DNA of 64,000 bases, taken from contig PARI01000036.1 in assembly GCA_002711415.1 (NCBI GenBank), forward strand, positions 42,870 through 106,869, given 5' to 3'. This DNA is from Phycisphaerae bacterium (GTDB lineage: Bacteria; Planctomycetota; Phycisphaerae; Phycisphaerales; SM1A02). This document shows, piece after piece, positions 1 to 9,046 of this stretch. The stretch's first letter is position 1. The number at the start of each line of letters is the position of its first letter. The notes beneath the pieces were generated by a model. It was not told the origin of the DNA, made no database searches, and was given only the letters and a program-made list of their open reading frames with translations. A program made the position numbers and the translations under genes.

Positions 1-447
1 CAGTGGACTCTTGACTCGGTGACCAGCTACGCAAGGATGTTCCGATCTGCGGTGAACGTCCACGCAGCAGAGGATCGTGAACCGTACATCCTCAAGTTCG
101 ATCTCGACCGGATCCTCATCCTGGGCATGCTCAGGCCCGCCGAACGAGACAGCTTCACGCTCGAGGACATCCACAGGGGGTTCTCCACAATCAGCAAGAT
201 GCTTGATGGACGGCGTGACAGGCAGCCCTGTGCCAGTGTCAGCTTCCTGGGAGCCAAGAGCAACAGGCTGATCGATCACAACGGAGCCCAGCCGAGCTTC
301 GAGGCGGTTCTGGATGCGATGCACAAGGGTGGGTACTCAGGTGACGTCTACCCGGCACCCTCCATGTGGGACCTGGCGCCGACCGGCGTGTTCAACAGCT
401 ACCCGTTCCCGGAAAGCCTCGACAGGATGCGTGAAGGCAGTTCGTGA
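1..447 (+). CDS. hypothetical protein, C-terminal fragment (frame open to window edge)
   Basis: ORF 19..447 has no in-frame stop back to nt 1 (QWTLDS precedes it). Coding-like GC3. No motif I recognise. Confidence 0.4.
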   Translation, partial: QWTLDSVTSYARMFRSAVNVHAAEDREPYILKFDLDRILILGMLRPAERDSFTLEDIHRGFSTISKMLDGRRDRQPCASVSFLGAKSNRLIDHNGAQPSFEAVLDAMHKGGYSGDVYPAPSMWDLAPTGVFNSYPFPESLDRMREGSS

Positions 448-449
448 TC

Positions 450-1394
450 TCAGCCCGAACCGGTCGGCTGATCGACCTCTGCGAAGAAGACATCGTTGTT
501 GTCGATGGCCTCGCGAATGAACGCGTAGTCCTCGCTGCCACCATCAGCGAACTGGTCGAACTTGAGAGCCTTCAGGGCGGCCGGATCATCGACTGCAAGC
601 AGCGCCGACTTGATCGCCATGAAGGTCTCATCGTCCAGACCCTCCCGGGCGATCCATGGCTTGGTGACATTCGGAAACATGACGAGGGCCTTGATCGGCT
701 CACCGGCCTCGACCAGCTTCTTGAACGTGCTTTCCTTCAGGGCACCGGCATGGAAATCGCCAGCGGCCACGGCCAGCCCGACCGTGTCATGACGTCCGAG
801 GTACTCCCATGACTCGAGGTCATCTGCGGTGACCCCGTTCTCGGCCAGGTAGTTCTGTGAGAGGTAGCGACCGATGGTGGATTTGTCATCTCCGAAGGCG
901 AACTTCATGCCCTTCAACTGGGAGACGTCCTCGATGTCACTGTCCTTGTGAATGCATATGACACCATTGAACCGTTTCTTGCCCTTCTTGGTCTCCATGG
1001 CGAGGATCCGGACATCCGGCGCCTGCCTGCTGCAGATCACGTACGAGGCCGGGCCGAATCTCGCGAAGTCGACTCGACCCTCGGAGAGGTCAGCGATGCC
1101 ACCGTCGTAGTCGGGCGCAATCTCGATGCGGACCTTGACGGGCCGATTGAGTCGATCGGATGCCTTCTGTTCGACGATCTTGATCACGTCCTGGAACTGC
1201 TTCTGGACATCGGTCGGGGTATCGGTCGAGTAGACACCGAATTTCAGTTCGAGCCTGCTGGTCGGATCATCAGCCTTCCCGGTGGCTGGGTCACCCTGGC
1301 TGGAAGCAACCGGCGGAGTGCTGGTCGGTCCATCACAGGACACGATGAAAGGAATACAGGCAAGGAAGAGGACGGCATGACCATTGAATCGCAT
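450..1394 (-). CDS. PhnD-type (phosphonate/phosphite family) ABC substrate-binding lipoprotein, orphan
   Basis: ORF 450..1532(-) trimmed to Met47 (cat at 1392-1394), which exposes a lipobox signal, MRFNGHAVLFLACIPFIVSC. The body shows the PhnD-like periplasmic binding pattern (FGVYSTD.., GVICIHKDSDI, STIGRYL, HDTVGLAVAAGDFHAGA). Confidence 0.75.
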   Translation of the reverse strand: MRFNGHAVLFLACIPFIVSCDGPTSTPPVASSQGDPATGKADDPTSRLELKFGVYSTDTPTDVQKQFQDVIKIVEQKASDRLNRPVKVRIEIAPDYDGGIADLSEGRVDFARFGPASYVICSRQAPDVRILAMETKKGKKRFNGVICIHKDSDIEDVSQLKGMKFAFGDDKSTIGRYLSQNYLAENGVTADDLESWEYLGRHDTVGLAVAAGDFHAGALKESTFKKLVEAGEPIKALVMFPNVTKPWIAREGLDDETFMAIKSALLAVDDPAALKALKFDQFADGGSEDYAFIREAIDNNDVFFAEVDQPTGSG

Positions 1395-1461
1395 CAGGAG
1401 AACTCCCCACGAGTGGTTGCAGAATGAAGGGGAATGGTACCCGATCGATGCCAGCGCCGGG

Positions 1462-3252
1462 TCAGCCGGGGACCGACTCGGACTCCATCCAGCGATCGGC
1501 GCATCGACCGTCCCACTGAACCGTGGCATCATTGGCGGTCACCTTGTAGGATCCGGCCCACTTGCCATCACGGATCCGCCTGCAGAAGTCGACAAGACGA
1601 TCGATCTCGTTGATCGTGTTGAAAAGTCCGATCGAGGCGCGAACCGCACCAGTGACCTCCTGCTCCTGCGGTGCCTCCTGGTCGGGGCCGACGAGCTTGC
1701 CAGTGTGGATGTGCGAGCAGAACCGGCCATTTCGAACAGCGATGCCGGCCTCCTCGCCAAGGATGGCGGCTGCAAGCATGTCGTTGACCCCACGGATGTT
1801 CAGTGGAATGATGCCGACCCGCTCCTGCGGGGACTGCGGACCGTAGAGTATGACGCCATCGATGGCCAGGAGGCCCGACCAGGCATGCTCCAGCAGGTCC
1901 AACTCGTGAGCGCGGACACGATCCATTCCGATCCGCATCAGGTACTCGAGCATCGAGGCCATGCCGACCACGCCGGCGATGTTGGGCGTACCAGGCTGGT
2001 GCCTGTCGGGACTGGCGAGACTGACCACCTCATCGGTGGTGACGTTGACCGCGGTTCCACCGCCCGGCACGTAGGGATCAGCCCGATCGAGTATGTCCCG
2101 GGGACCGTAGAGGAACCCGGTGCCGAAGGGCGCGTACATCTTGTGACCCGCTGCCGTGAGAAAGTCGATGTGATCGGGTGACCCCGGGGAACCGACGTCG
2201 ATGGGTGCGTGGGCCATCAGTTGCGCCGCGTCGACGCAGATCAGGGCCCCGGCATCATGGGCCATCCTGGCAAGGGCGTGGATGTCCGGCATCCATCCGG
2301 TGACGTTGGCGGCACCGGTAACGGCGATCAACTTGATGTCGTTGTCCTGGAGCAGCCGCCTGACATGCTCCATGTCAAGCCGCCCCTCGTCGGTGAGACC
2401 CGCACGCAGCACCTGACCATGCCTCCTGAAGGGCAGATCGTTGGAGTGATGCTCCAGGTCAGTGACGATCACGGCCCCCTGGCGATCCTTCATCGCGTGC
2501 GCGACGATATCGCATGCATTCGTGGTGTTCGAAGTGAACACGATGCAGCCTGATTCAAGCTCGGCTCCGATGAAACGGGCACAGGTCCTGTACGCCTGCT
2601 CGAACCGGTCCGTACAGTTCCTGGCGAGCCTGTAGGTCGCTCGATGCACGTTGGCGTACTCGTTGCTGAGGAAGTTCATGTACTCGACGAGCACGGTCCC
2701 GGGCGGATGCGTCGTGGCCGCGTGGTCCATGTAGACCAGTGGCTGGGTCGCCCCACCTCCCACGGACACGGTCTGCCTGGTGATCGGAAAATCGTTCCTG
2801 ATGGCGTTCCAGTCGGAATAGTCCAGTTGCTCGGACACGGCCGAGCCCGTTGGACCCGGAGCCGTCTCGAGCCAGTCGACAGCAGGTGGATCGGACGAGA
2901 TCTCCCGGCCCTCGGCAACCCATCGTTCGATCCCACCGTCGAGGTTCAACGGACGGGCGTACCCCATGCGCTGGAGGACGTCGGCGGCGAGGATCCCCCG
3001 CTTGCCTGTCTGGCAGTACAGCACCACGGGGATCTCCTGGTCAGGAACGATCTCGGCGATGTGCTTTTCGAGTATCCCCCTGGACAACTGCATCGCTCCC
3101 GGAATGCACGCGGTCTCGTATTCGGCCTGTTCACGGACATCCAGCAGGACCATCGAAGGCGACTCGTCGCGAAGAGCTTCAAGCTCTTCCGGCGTGATCT
3201 GTCCCACACGGGTCCGGGCATCCTCGCACAGGCTGTCGTAGGTCCAGGTCAA
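1462..3252 (-). CDS. rhodanese domain fused to class-V PLP cysteine desulfurase (SufS/CsdA-like)
   Basis: N-terminal rhodanese (LLDVREQAEYE.., VVLYCQTGKRG) followed by an aminotransferase-V core (VYMDHAATT, FTSNTTNA, AAGHKMYAPFGTGFLYG). The start is uncertain. TTG at 3252 is preceded by GGAGA. The longest ORF starts at GTG 3348, only 28 bp from the divergent gene. Confidence 0.85.
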   Translation of the reverse strand: MTWTYDSLCEDARTRVGQITPEELEALRDESPSMVLLDVREQAEYETACIPGAMQLSRGILEKHIAEIVPDQEIPVVLYCQTGKRGILAADVLQRMGYARPLNLDGGIERWVAEGREISSDPPAVDWLETAPGPTGSAVSEQLDYSDWNAIRNDFPITRQTVSVGGGATQPLVYMDHAATTHPPGTVLVEYMNFLSNEYANVHRATYRLARNCTDRFEQAYRTCARFIGAELESGCIVFTSNTTNACDIVAHAMKDRQGAVIVTDLEHHSNDLPFRRHGQVLRAGLTDEGRLDMEHVRRLLQDNDIKLIAVTGAANVTGWMPDIHALARMAHDAGALICVDAAQLMAHAPIDVGSPGSPDHIDFLTAAGHKMYAPFGTGFLYGPRDILDRADPYVPGGGTAVNVTTDEVVSLASPDRHQPGTPNIAGVVGMASMLEYLMRIGMDRVRAHELDLLEHAWSGLLAIDGVILYGPQSPQERVGIIPLNIRGVNDMLAAAILGEEAGIAVRNGRFCSHIHTGKLVGPDQEAPQEQEVTGAVRASIGLFNTINEIDRLVDFCRRIRDGKWAGSYKVTANDATVQWDGRCADRWMESESVPG

Positions 3253-3376
3253 GATCGGTCTCCAGGTGGCCTTTGAAGGGGCCTTGATTCTACTTGATGT
3301 CACGTCGCTGACGAAACCAAACGTGCCGATCGGGTGTTCCAAGTACACTGGTCATGGTCCAGATGGAGCCATAACC

Positions 3377-4813
3377 ATGTTTCTCAGAGCAATCGAGGAC
3401 CCGATCCTGGCGCAGGTGAGCTACCTCATCGGCTGTCAGGCCACCGGCGAAGCGATCCTCGTCGATCCGGAGCGGGACATCGACCGGTACCTCCGCATCG
3501 CCCATCGGAACGGACTTCGAATCACGGCCGTCACCGAGACGCATGTGCATGCCGACTTTCTCTCCGGATGCCGACAACTCGCCGGCACCACGGGGGCCAC
3601 GCCGATGCTCTCCTGCTGCGGCGGACCGCAATGGCAGCCGACCTGGCCCCGGGAAGACGGGGTGGAACCACGATGGCTCTCCGACGGCGACGTGGTCATG
3701 ATCGGCAACATCAGGTTGAAGGTGCACCATGTGCCGGGGCACACCCCGGAACACATCATGTTCGAGGTGACGGACACGGCCAGCGGCGAGGACTCGATGG
3801 GGTTGCTCTCCGGGGACTTCGTCTTCGTGGGGGCCCTTGGAAGACCCGACCTGCTGGAAGCCGCCGTGGGCGTCGAGGGAGCGATGGAACCATCGGCTCG
3901 ACAACTGGCCGGTTCGGCCAGGAGCTTCCTGGAATTCATGGACCACCTGCAGGTCTGGCCGGCCCATGGCGCCGGCAGCGCATGCGGCAAGTCGCTCGGG
4001 GCCGTGCCGAGCTCCACGGTCGGCTACGAGAAACGCCATAACACGGGCCTCCAACTGTCCACGCAGGAGGATCGGTTCGTCGATTTCATCCTCGACGGAC
4101 AGCCGGCCCCCCCGCTCTATTTCGCACGGATGAAGAGCCAGAACATCTCGGGTCCCCCGATGCTCTCGCAACTGCCGTCGGTTCCGTTGATGGGCATCGA
4201 CGACGCCAGGAGACTGGATGCCGGCGATGTCGTGATCATCGACTGCAGGAGCTGGCCCCGGTTCAGGGACGGACATCTTCCAGGATCGATCTGGTGCGGG
4301 TTCGGACCGAACCTCGCCGCGATCTCCGGCTCCTACGTGGAACCGGGTCAATCGATCGTACTCATCTGTGAACCCGGCCTGTGCGAGGAGGCCACGAGGG
4401 TCCTCTGCCGGATCGGGCTGGACGGAGTGGTCGGTGCCTGCACTCCGTCCGAACTGGAATCAGCCGGGCATGATGCACTCGCACGTTCACGGGAAATCGA
4501 TGTCCAGACGATGCAGCGGCTGATCGGCGAAGGCTCTTCAATCGTGCTGGATGTCAGGAGAGCCGACGAGCATGCCGCTGGACACATCGCCGGCAGCATC
4601 AACATCCCGCACACGAGACTGGGTGCCCACCTCGACCAGCTGCCCAAGGACAGGACGCTGCTGGTTCACTGCGCCGCAGGCATCCGGTCCGCACACGCCT
4701 TGTCGATGCTGGAGCGGGCTGGCTTCAACGGCACCTCGCTGGCCGGCGGCATACAGCACTGGATCCAGCAGGGAGGGGCTGTAGAGGTCCCCGCCTCGTC
4801 GATGACGACATGA
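3377..4813 (+). CDS. MBL-fold persulfide dioxygenase-like protein (ETHE1/CstB-type) with two C-terminal rhodanese domains
   Basis: ATG 3377 has GGAG upstream. Metallo-beta-lactamase motifs present (TETHVHADF, HVPGHTPEH). Two rhodanese modules follow, the last with a catalytic loop, VHCAAGIRS. Confidence 0.85.
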   Translation: MFLRAIEDPILAQVSYLIGCQATGEAILVDPERDIDRYLRIAHRNGLRITAVTETHVHADFLSGCRQLAGTTGATPMLSCCGGPQWQPTWPREDGVEPRWLSDGDVVMIGNIRLKVHHVPGHTPEHIMFEVTDTASGEDSMGLLSGDFVFVGALGRPDLLEAAVGVEGAMEPSARQLAGSARSFLEFMDHLQVWPAHGAGSACGKSLGAVPSSTVGYEKRHNTGLQLSTQEDRFVDFILDGQPAPPLYFARMKSQNISGPPMLSQLPSVPLMGIDDARRLDAGDVVIIDCRSWPRFRDGHLPGSIWCGFGPNLAAISGSYVEPGQSIVLICEPGLCEEATRVLCRIGLDGVVGACTPSELESAGHDALARSREIDVQTMQRLIGEGSSIVLDVRRADEHAAGHIAGSINIPHTRLGAHLDQLPKDRTLLVHCAAGIRSAHALSMLERAGFNGTSLAGGIQHWIQQGGAVEVPASSMTT

Positions 4814-5568
4814 CCATCATCGTGCTCGGTGCAATCCTGATCGGAGTGTGTCTCGGCCTGCTCGGCTCGGGCGGCTCGATCCTGACGGTGCCGATCCTCG
4901 TCTACATGCTTGGACATCCCGAGAAGGCGGCGATGGGCGAGTCATTGGCCATCGTCGGTCTGATCGCCGCAGCCGGGGTCATCCAGAAGTGCCGCAAGGG
5001 CGAGATCAACTGGCAGGCCGTGATGTGGTTCGGAGTTCCCGCGATGATCGGCACGTTCGGCGGCGCACAACTGGCCAGGGTCGTTCCGGCATCGGTGCAG
5101 ATGACCGTACTGGGCATCCTGATGCTGTTGGCGGCGTTCCTGATGATTCGCCGGAAGGAGGATCCCGAGCAAGGTGATGGCTCAAGCCGCCGCCTGCGGA
5201 CGTTCCTGTTGCTTGAAGGCGTCTTCGTCGGCGCCGTGACGGGACTGGTCGGAATCGGTGGAGGCTTTCTCATCGTACCGGCACTCGTCCTGGGGACGGG
5301 ACTTCGAATGCATGCGGTCATCGGGACGAGCCTGGCCATCATCATGCTCAAGTCGATCACAGGGTTCGCCGGATACCTGATGGTCCTGGACTCGGTCCAA
5401 CAGCGCATCGACTGGTGGACGATCCTCCTGTTCGCCGTGCTCGGTACGGTTGGCAGCCTCACCGCGGGCAGCATCGCCACCCGGATCGATCAACTGCTCC
5501 TGAAGCGGATGTTCGCCGTGATCCTGCTGCTGCTGGGCCTGGCCGTGGTCGTGTCGGAAGTGCTGTGA
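4810..5568 (+). CDS. TauE/SafE (DUF81, TSUP) family sulfite/anion exporter
   Basis: ATGA start/stop overlap with the upstream gene (4810-4813). Polytopic membrane protein with duplicated glycine motifs (GSGGSIL, GIGGGFL). Confidence 0.85.
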   Translation: MTIIVLGAILIGVCLGLLGSGGSILTVPILVYMLGHPEKAAMGESLAIVGLIAAAGVIQKCRKGEINWQAVMWFGVPAMIGTFGGAQLARVVPASVQMTVLGILMLLAAFLMIRRKEDPEQGDGSSRRLRTFLLLEGVFVGAVTGLVGIGGGFLIVPALVLGTGLRMHAVIGTSLAIIMLKSITGFAGYLMVLDSVQQRIDWWTILLFAVLGTVGSLTAGSIATRIDQLLLKRMFAVILLLLGLAVVVSEVL

Positions 5569-5598
5569 AGCCGAGATGGAACCGCGGTATCGGGGAGC

Positions 5599-6351
5599 TC
5601 ACGGTAGCGGTCGGATGAGAATGTCCTTGAAATCGATCGGGGATCCTTCCGATTCCAGTGCAAGGTACCCCTCCCGGGGCGTGCAGTCACTTCCACCGGA
5701 GACCTCCATGCCGTTGACCCAGAGACGGACCTCGCCGTTGATCGCGCGTATGTAGTAGTGGTTCCACTGGTTGATCCCACGTGATCGCTCGGCACTTGGG
5801 AAGCTCCTTCGACCATTGGGCGCGACCGGTGAAAACGGCTTCATGGTCGAGGCGCCGACCGGGAAGACATCGCCGTGGCAGGTGAACCAGTCGGCCTTTC
5901 GTCCCCCCTTCTCATAGGCATCCTTGTAGCCGAGGTCGAGGACCTGGACCTCGATGCCTTCGGGAAGCCCTGGTCCCTTCAGGCGATTCATCGATTCGAT
6001 CGGGGACCAGAGGAAGATGCCCGAGTTGCCCGCATCACGAAGATGCCGCCACTGGCACAGCAGCTCGAAGTTGGTGTACGGCTTCGTGGAACGAAGCACG
6101 CCGACAGGCTGCCCGGAGCAGTGGACCATCGAACCGTCCCACGTCCAGGTGTCATCGTGGCAGTTGACGTTGATGAAGTCATCCTTTCCGAGCTTCTTCC
6201 AGCCGGGTCCGGTTCCGTCGATGAAGGCCACGTCCCTTTCGGATACGGATTCGGGCACCGGAGAAGCACCGGCCGGAACCGCAAGGCATCCGATCGATGC
6301 AGCCGAGAATCCGTGGAACGCCCGTCGAGTCAACCTGGTGTCGCCGTCCAT
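5599..6351 (-). CDS. DUF1080 (3-keto-disaccharide hydrolase-like) secreted protein
   Basis: Tat-like signal (TRRAFHGFSAAS). DUF1080 hallmarks present (CQWRHLRDAGNSGIFLW, NHYYIRAINGEVRLWVNG, LALESEGSPIDFKDI). ATG 6351 is preceded by GGGAG; the longest ORF starts at TTG 6369. Confidence 0.8.
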   Translation of the reverse strand: MDGDTRLTRRAFHGFSAASIGCLAVPAGASPVPESVSERDVAFIDGTGPGWKKLGKDDFINVNCHDDTWTWDGSMVHCSGQPVGVLRSTKPYTNFELLCQWRHLRDAGNSGIFLWSPIESMNRLKGPGLPEGIEVQVLDLGYKDAYEKGGRKADWFTCHGDVFPVGASTMKPFSPVAPNGRRSFPSAERSRGINQWNHYYIRAINGEVRLWVNGMEVSGGSDCTPREGYLALESEGSPIDFKDILIRPLP

Positions 6352-6430
6352 ACCAAACTCCCAATTCAAGGATCAGTTTCCCTGATGGTATGCTCAAACG
6401 GGGCACACCGGGGGACGAGTTCCCCGATGC

Positions 6431-6459
6431 TTGACAGGCACGCCATCGGTTCCTATTTT
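6431..6459 (+). promoter_or_regulatory. sigma70-like promoter for the initiator tRNA (TTGACA-N17-TATTTT)
   Basis: Perfect TTGACA at 6431-6436, a 17-nt spacer, then TATTTT at 6454-6459. This lies about 15 nt upstream of the tRNA 5' end. Confidence 0.45.
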
Positions 6460-6474
6460 CGGTCCCCTTGAGAT

Positions 6475-6548
<74 letters not shown>

Positions 6549-6674
6549 TTTCCGAGTCGATTGCATACGCGACTGGCTCACCGATTCACGCCGAACGCCG
6601 CCGAGTACTCTCGACGGCGTTCGTCGTTTGGGCTCGTAATGGGCAGGTACTACAACGGCCAGAGCCGACCAGGC

Positions 6675-7130
6675 TCATTCCTCGGTCACATGCGAATGCT
6701 CTTGGAGATGACGGACAGGCTCACCCGTCTGGTGAACTCGGAAGATGATGGTTCGCACGCCCTCGTCACCGGTGATCGCTCGATGCCAGGCACCGTACGG
6801 CACGTGGTTAACGCGGCCAGGTTCGCCGATGATCGTAGTTCCGTCTCGAAACTCGATCTCGACGCGGCCTTCAAGGTAGTAGTGAAAGGTCTCGGATGGG
6901 TGCCAGTGCCACTTGCCGATCTTGTTCGGCGGATTCACCACGGAGGTGACGACGACCTCGCGTCCAGGCGCGATTTGCTCGGCCAACGCCTGTTGTCGCA
7001 GCAAGTCCACCTGCCGCGTGGTGGCCGTGGTGACAGCGCTGTTGGATGAGCAGCCGACCATGGCCTGGAAGAGGACAAGGACTGAAATCAAACCAGTGAC
7101 GGATCTCGAATCGGAATTGTCTCGGTTCAT
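6675..7130 (-). CDS. cupin-domain lipoprotein
   Basis: Met26 start (cat 7128-7130) is preceded by GGGAGG. Lipobox signal LVLFQAMVGCSS. Cupin motifs present (GKWHWHPSETFHYYLEGRVEIEF, PYGAWH). Confidence 0.75.
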   Translation of the reverse strand: MNRDNSDSRSVTGLISVLVLFQAMVGCSSNSAVTTATTRQVDLLRQQALAEQIAPGREVVVTSVVNPPNKIGKWHWHPSETFHYYLEGRVEIEFRDGTTIIGEPGRVNHVPYGAWHRAITGDEGVRTIIFRVHQTGEPVRHLQEHSHVTEE

Positions 7131-7319
7131 GGGTGCCTCCCGGTGGGGGCAGCATACCATCCGGCCATCATCAGGCTCATGTGCCGAAGGGCCACGTGAC
7201 TCCAAGGCATGCCGTGAACGAAAAATACATTCAATTACGAAGCTGATCTGGTGAGATACTGTACAGTCATTCGGTCAGGCATCTTTCCAGCAAGAACGAA
7301 TACAAGAGGAGCAGAAGCA

Positions 7320-8342
7320 TTGAAGTTACCGATCATGTTCACAGTATTCATCATCCTGTCCTGCATCCTCGCCAAGCCCGCGTCAGGACAGCAGCAGTTC
7401 TATGAGACAGTCAACGTCAACGGGGTGAATCGGCAGTACCTGGTCTACCTCCCGACGGACTTTGATCCGGCGGAGAATTTGCCGGTCATGTTTCACTTCC
7501 ATGGTGGTGACGAGAGCCCGGAAGTGGCCATCCAGTCCGAGGTGGACTACAGATCACTGGCGAATGTCCACCGCTTCATCGCCGTCTACCCCGCCGCACT
7601 GCTTGATGGCAAGGGCTGCACCTGCTGGAACAACGAGGGCAAGTACTCAAACGGCATCGATGAACTGGGATTCGCTGAAGCCATGATCGACTCAATGGTG
7701 GCCGGATACAACGCTGATCCGAGCAGGATGTACGCCAGTGGCTTTTCGCTCGGCGGAAGCCTGACATGGGATCTGGCGTGTTTTCTCGGCGATCGTTTCG
7801 CCGCAGTGGGTGTGGTGGCAGCCAACATGTGGGAGTGGACCTACAACGACTGCACATCCGCACTGCCAATTGGAATTTGCCACATCCTGGGAACCAATGA
7901 TTTCTACGCGCCTTACAACGGCAACCAGTACTCCATCTCGACTGCCCAGCAGAACGCCTTCTGGGTTTCGGTCAACGGTGCATCGAACACGCCCATCGAG
8001 GACAACCTCGGTGGTGGTGTCACCAGATTCCTGTGGCCTGCCAAGGAGGATTGCCATTCTGTTGTTCATTATCGAAGACAGGGTGGTGAACATGACTGGC
8101 CCACCTTTGCTCGTGATGCGATCTGGGAATTCGTGTCGCAGTACTCCCTCGATGGACTGATCGAGTGCCTCGAGGATTGCCCGGCGGATCTCAACGGCGA
8201 TGGTGTCGTGGACGGCGTGGATCTTGGAATCCTGCTTGCTGGCTGGAAGCGAGCCGGCGGCGACATCGATGGCGACGGAACCACCAATGGGGTCGACATC
8301 GGCCTGATGCTTGCTGCATGGGGTGCCTGCAACAGCGGATGA
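7320..8342 (+). CDS. secreted esterase (PHB depolymerase / CE1-like alpha/beta hydrolase) with C-terminal dockerin-like EF-hand pair
   Basis: Esterase motifs present: LPVMFHFHGG and the nucleophile elbow GFSLGG. The tail at 8163-8339 reads DLNGDGVVDGVDLGILLAGW..DIDGDGTTNGVDIGLMLAAWG. The start is either TTG 7320 (GAGGAG 8 nt upstream) or ATG 7335. Confidence 0.8.
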   Translation: MKLPIMFTVFIILSCILAKPASGQQQFYETVNVNGVNRQYLVYLPTDFDPAENLPVMFHFHGGDESPEVAIQSEVDYRSLANVHRFIAVYPAALLDGKGCTCWNNEGKYSNGIDELGFAEAMIDSMVAGYNADPSRMYASGFSLGGSLTWDLACFLGDRFAAVGVVAANMWEWTYNDCTSALPIGICHILGTNDFYAPYNGNQYSISTAQQNAFWVSVNGASNTPIEDNLGGGVTRFLWPAKEDCHSVVHYRRQGGEHDWPTFARDAIWEFVSQYSLDGLIECLEDCPADLNGDGVVDGVDLGILLAGWKRAGGDIDGDGTTNGVDIGLMLAAWGACNSG

Positions 8343-8523
8343 ACCAGGAATTCCGATGGCTTTCGCGAGTCGATCCCGCATCGAGCCTCGACATGGAATA
8401 TCGGTCCCTGTCCTGCAGGGCCTTCCTAAAGGTGGAACAGGCCGCATCGTGATGCCGGTTATCCATGTTCGTGGAGGGCAAGAGAATTCGGACTTGCCTG
8501 TTTCCTGATCTATACTTGGGCAG

Positions 8524-8976
8524 ATGGGCACGAAGAAGGCCAACCCGATCATGCTGGTGGCGATCCTGGTCGCCGGCATCGCCATGCGCCCGGGATGGTC
8601 ACATGCCCACCTGGATTCCAATGATCATCCAGCGGCACATGATGCACACGCCGGGCATTCCCATGGACACTCGCACGCACATTCCCACGGTGGCGTGACC
8701 CACTCCCATGGACACCATCATCATCCAGGTCGACCACATGATGACGACCATCACCATCACCACGTATCCGACTCGCACGAGGAATCGCCGAAGGCGAGTT
8801 GGACCGCCCCACGGACAGGTGTGAGGGACGGGTTCCCCCACCTTCATCCTGCCTTCGTTCAGAGCAGTGGCGTCAACGCCGACTGGGCCCGACCAGCGAG
8901 GACCCGTCCCCCGCCACTGCCTCCGCCGGAATCCGGCACCCGGACATCACTGAGAACCATCGTCCTGCGGTTGTAG
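8524..8976 (+). CDS. histidine-rich membrane-anchored protein upstream of the RND metal efflux operon
   Basis: An N-terminal hydrophobic segment (IMLVAILVAGIAM) is followed by HAHLDSNDHPAAHDAHAGHSHGHSHAHSHGGVTHSHGHHHHPGRPHDDDHHHHH. The C-terminal third is low-complexity, so the frame there is less certain. Confidence 0.5.
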   Translation: MGTKKANPIMLVAILVAGIAMRPGWSHAHLDSNDHPAAHDAHAGHSHGHSHAHSHGGVTHSHGHHHHPGRPHDDDHHHHHVSDSHEESPKASWTAPRTGVRDGFPHLHPAFVQSSGVNADWARPARTRPPPLPPPESGTRTSLRTIVLRL

Positions 8977-9030
8977 CAGGCGAACCCCGAGAGTGTTCGC
9001 CTGAACTGTCCCGTGGCATGGTGCCACGGG
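8977..9030 (+). promoter_or_regulatory. two tandem perfect 9-bp stem-loops between the His-rich ORF and the outer-membrane factor gene
   Basis: caggcgaac-N9-gttcgcctg at 8977-9003 and cccgtggca-tgg-tgccacggg at 9010-9030. Neither is followed by a T-tract. Confidence 0.3.
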
Positions 9031-9046
9031 ATGACAACCGTTGCAC

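Noticed and set aside
3290-4351. Long antisense or off-frame ORFs opposite real genes (also 8947..9900-, 12410..13393-, 13556..14383-, 22133..23185+, 38135..39313+, 44000..45427+, 50947..52134-, 51245..52447-)
   Set aside because: Each overlaps a gene with clear family motifs on the other strand or frame. Their translations are low-complexity R/P/S/G/A-rich with no motifs. These are a GC3-driven absence of stop codons.
8977-9030. NiCo (czcD-type) or another metal riboswitch upstream of the efflux operon
   Set aside because: Only ~65 nt are available, forming two simple hairpins. There is nothing like the four-way junction architecture of the NiCo riboswitch.
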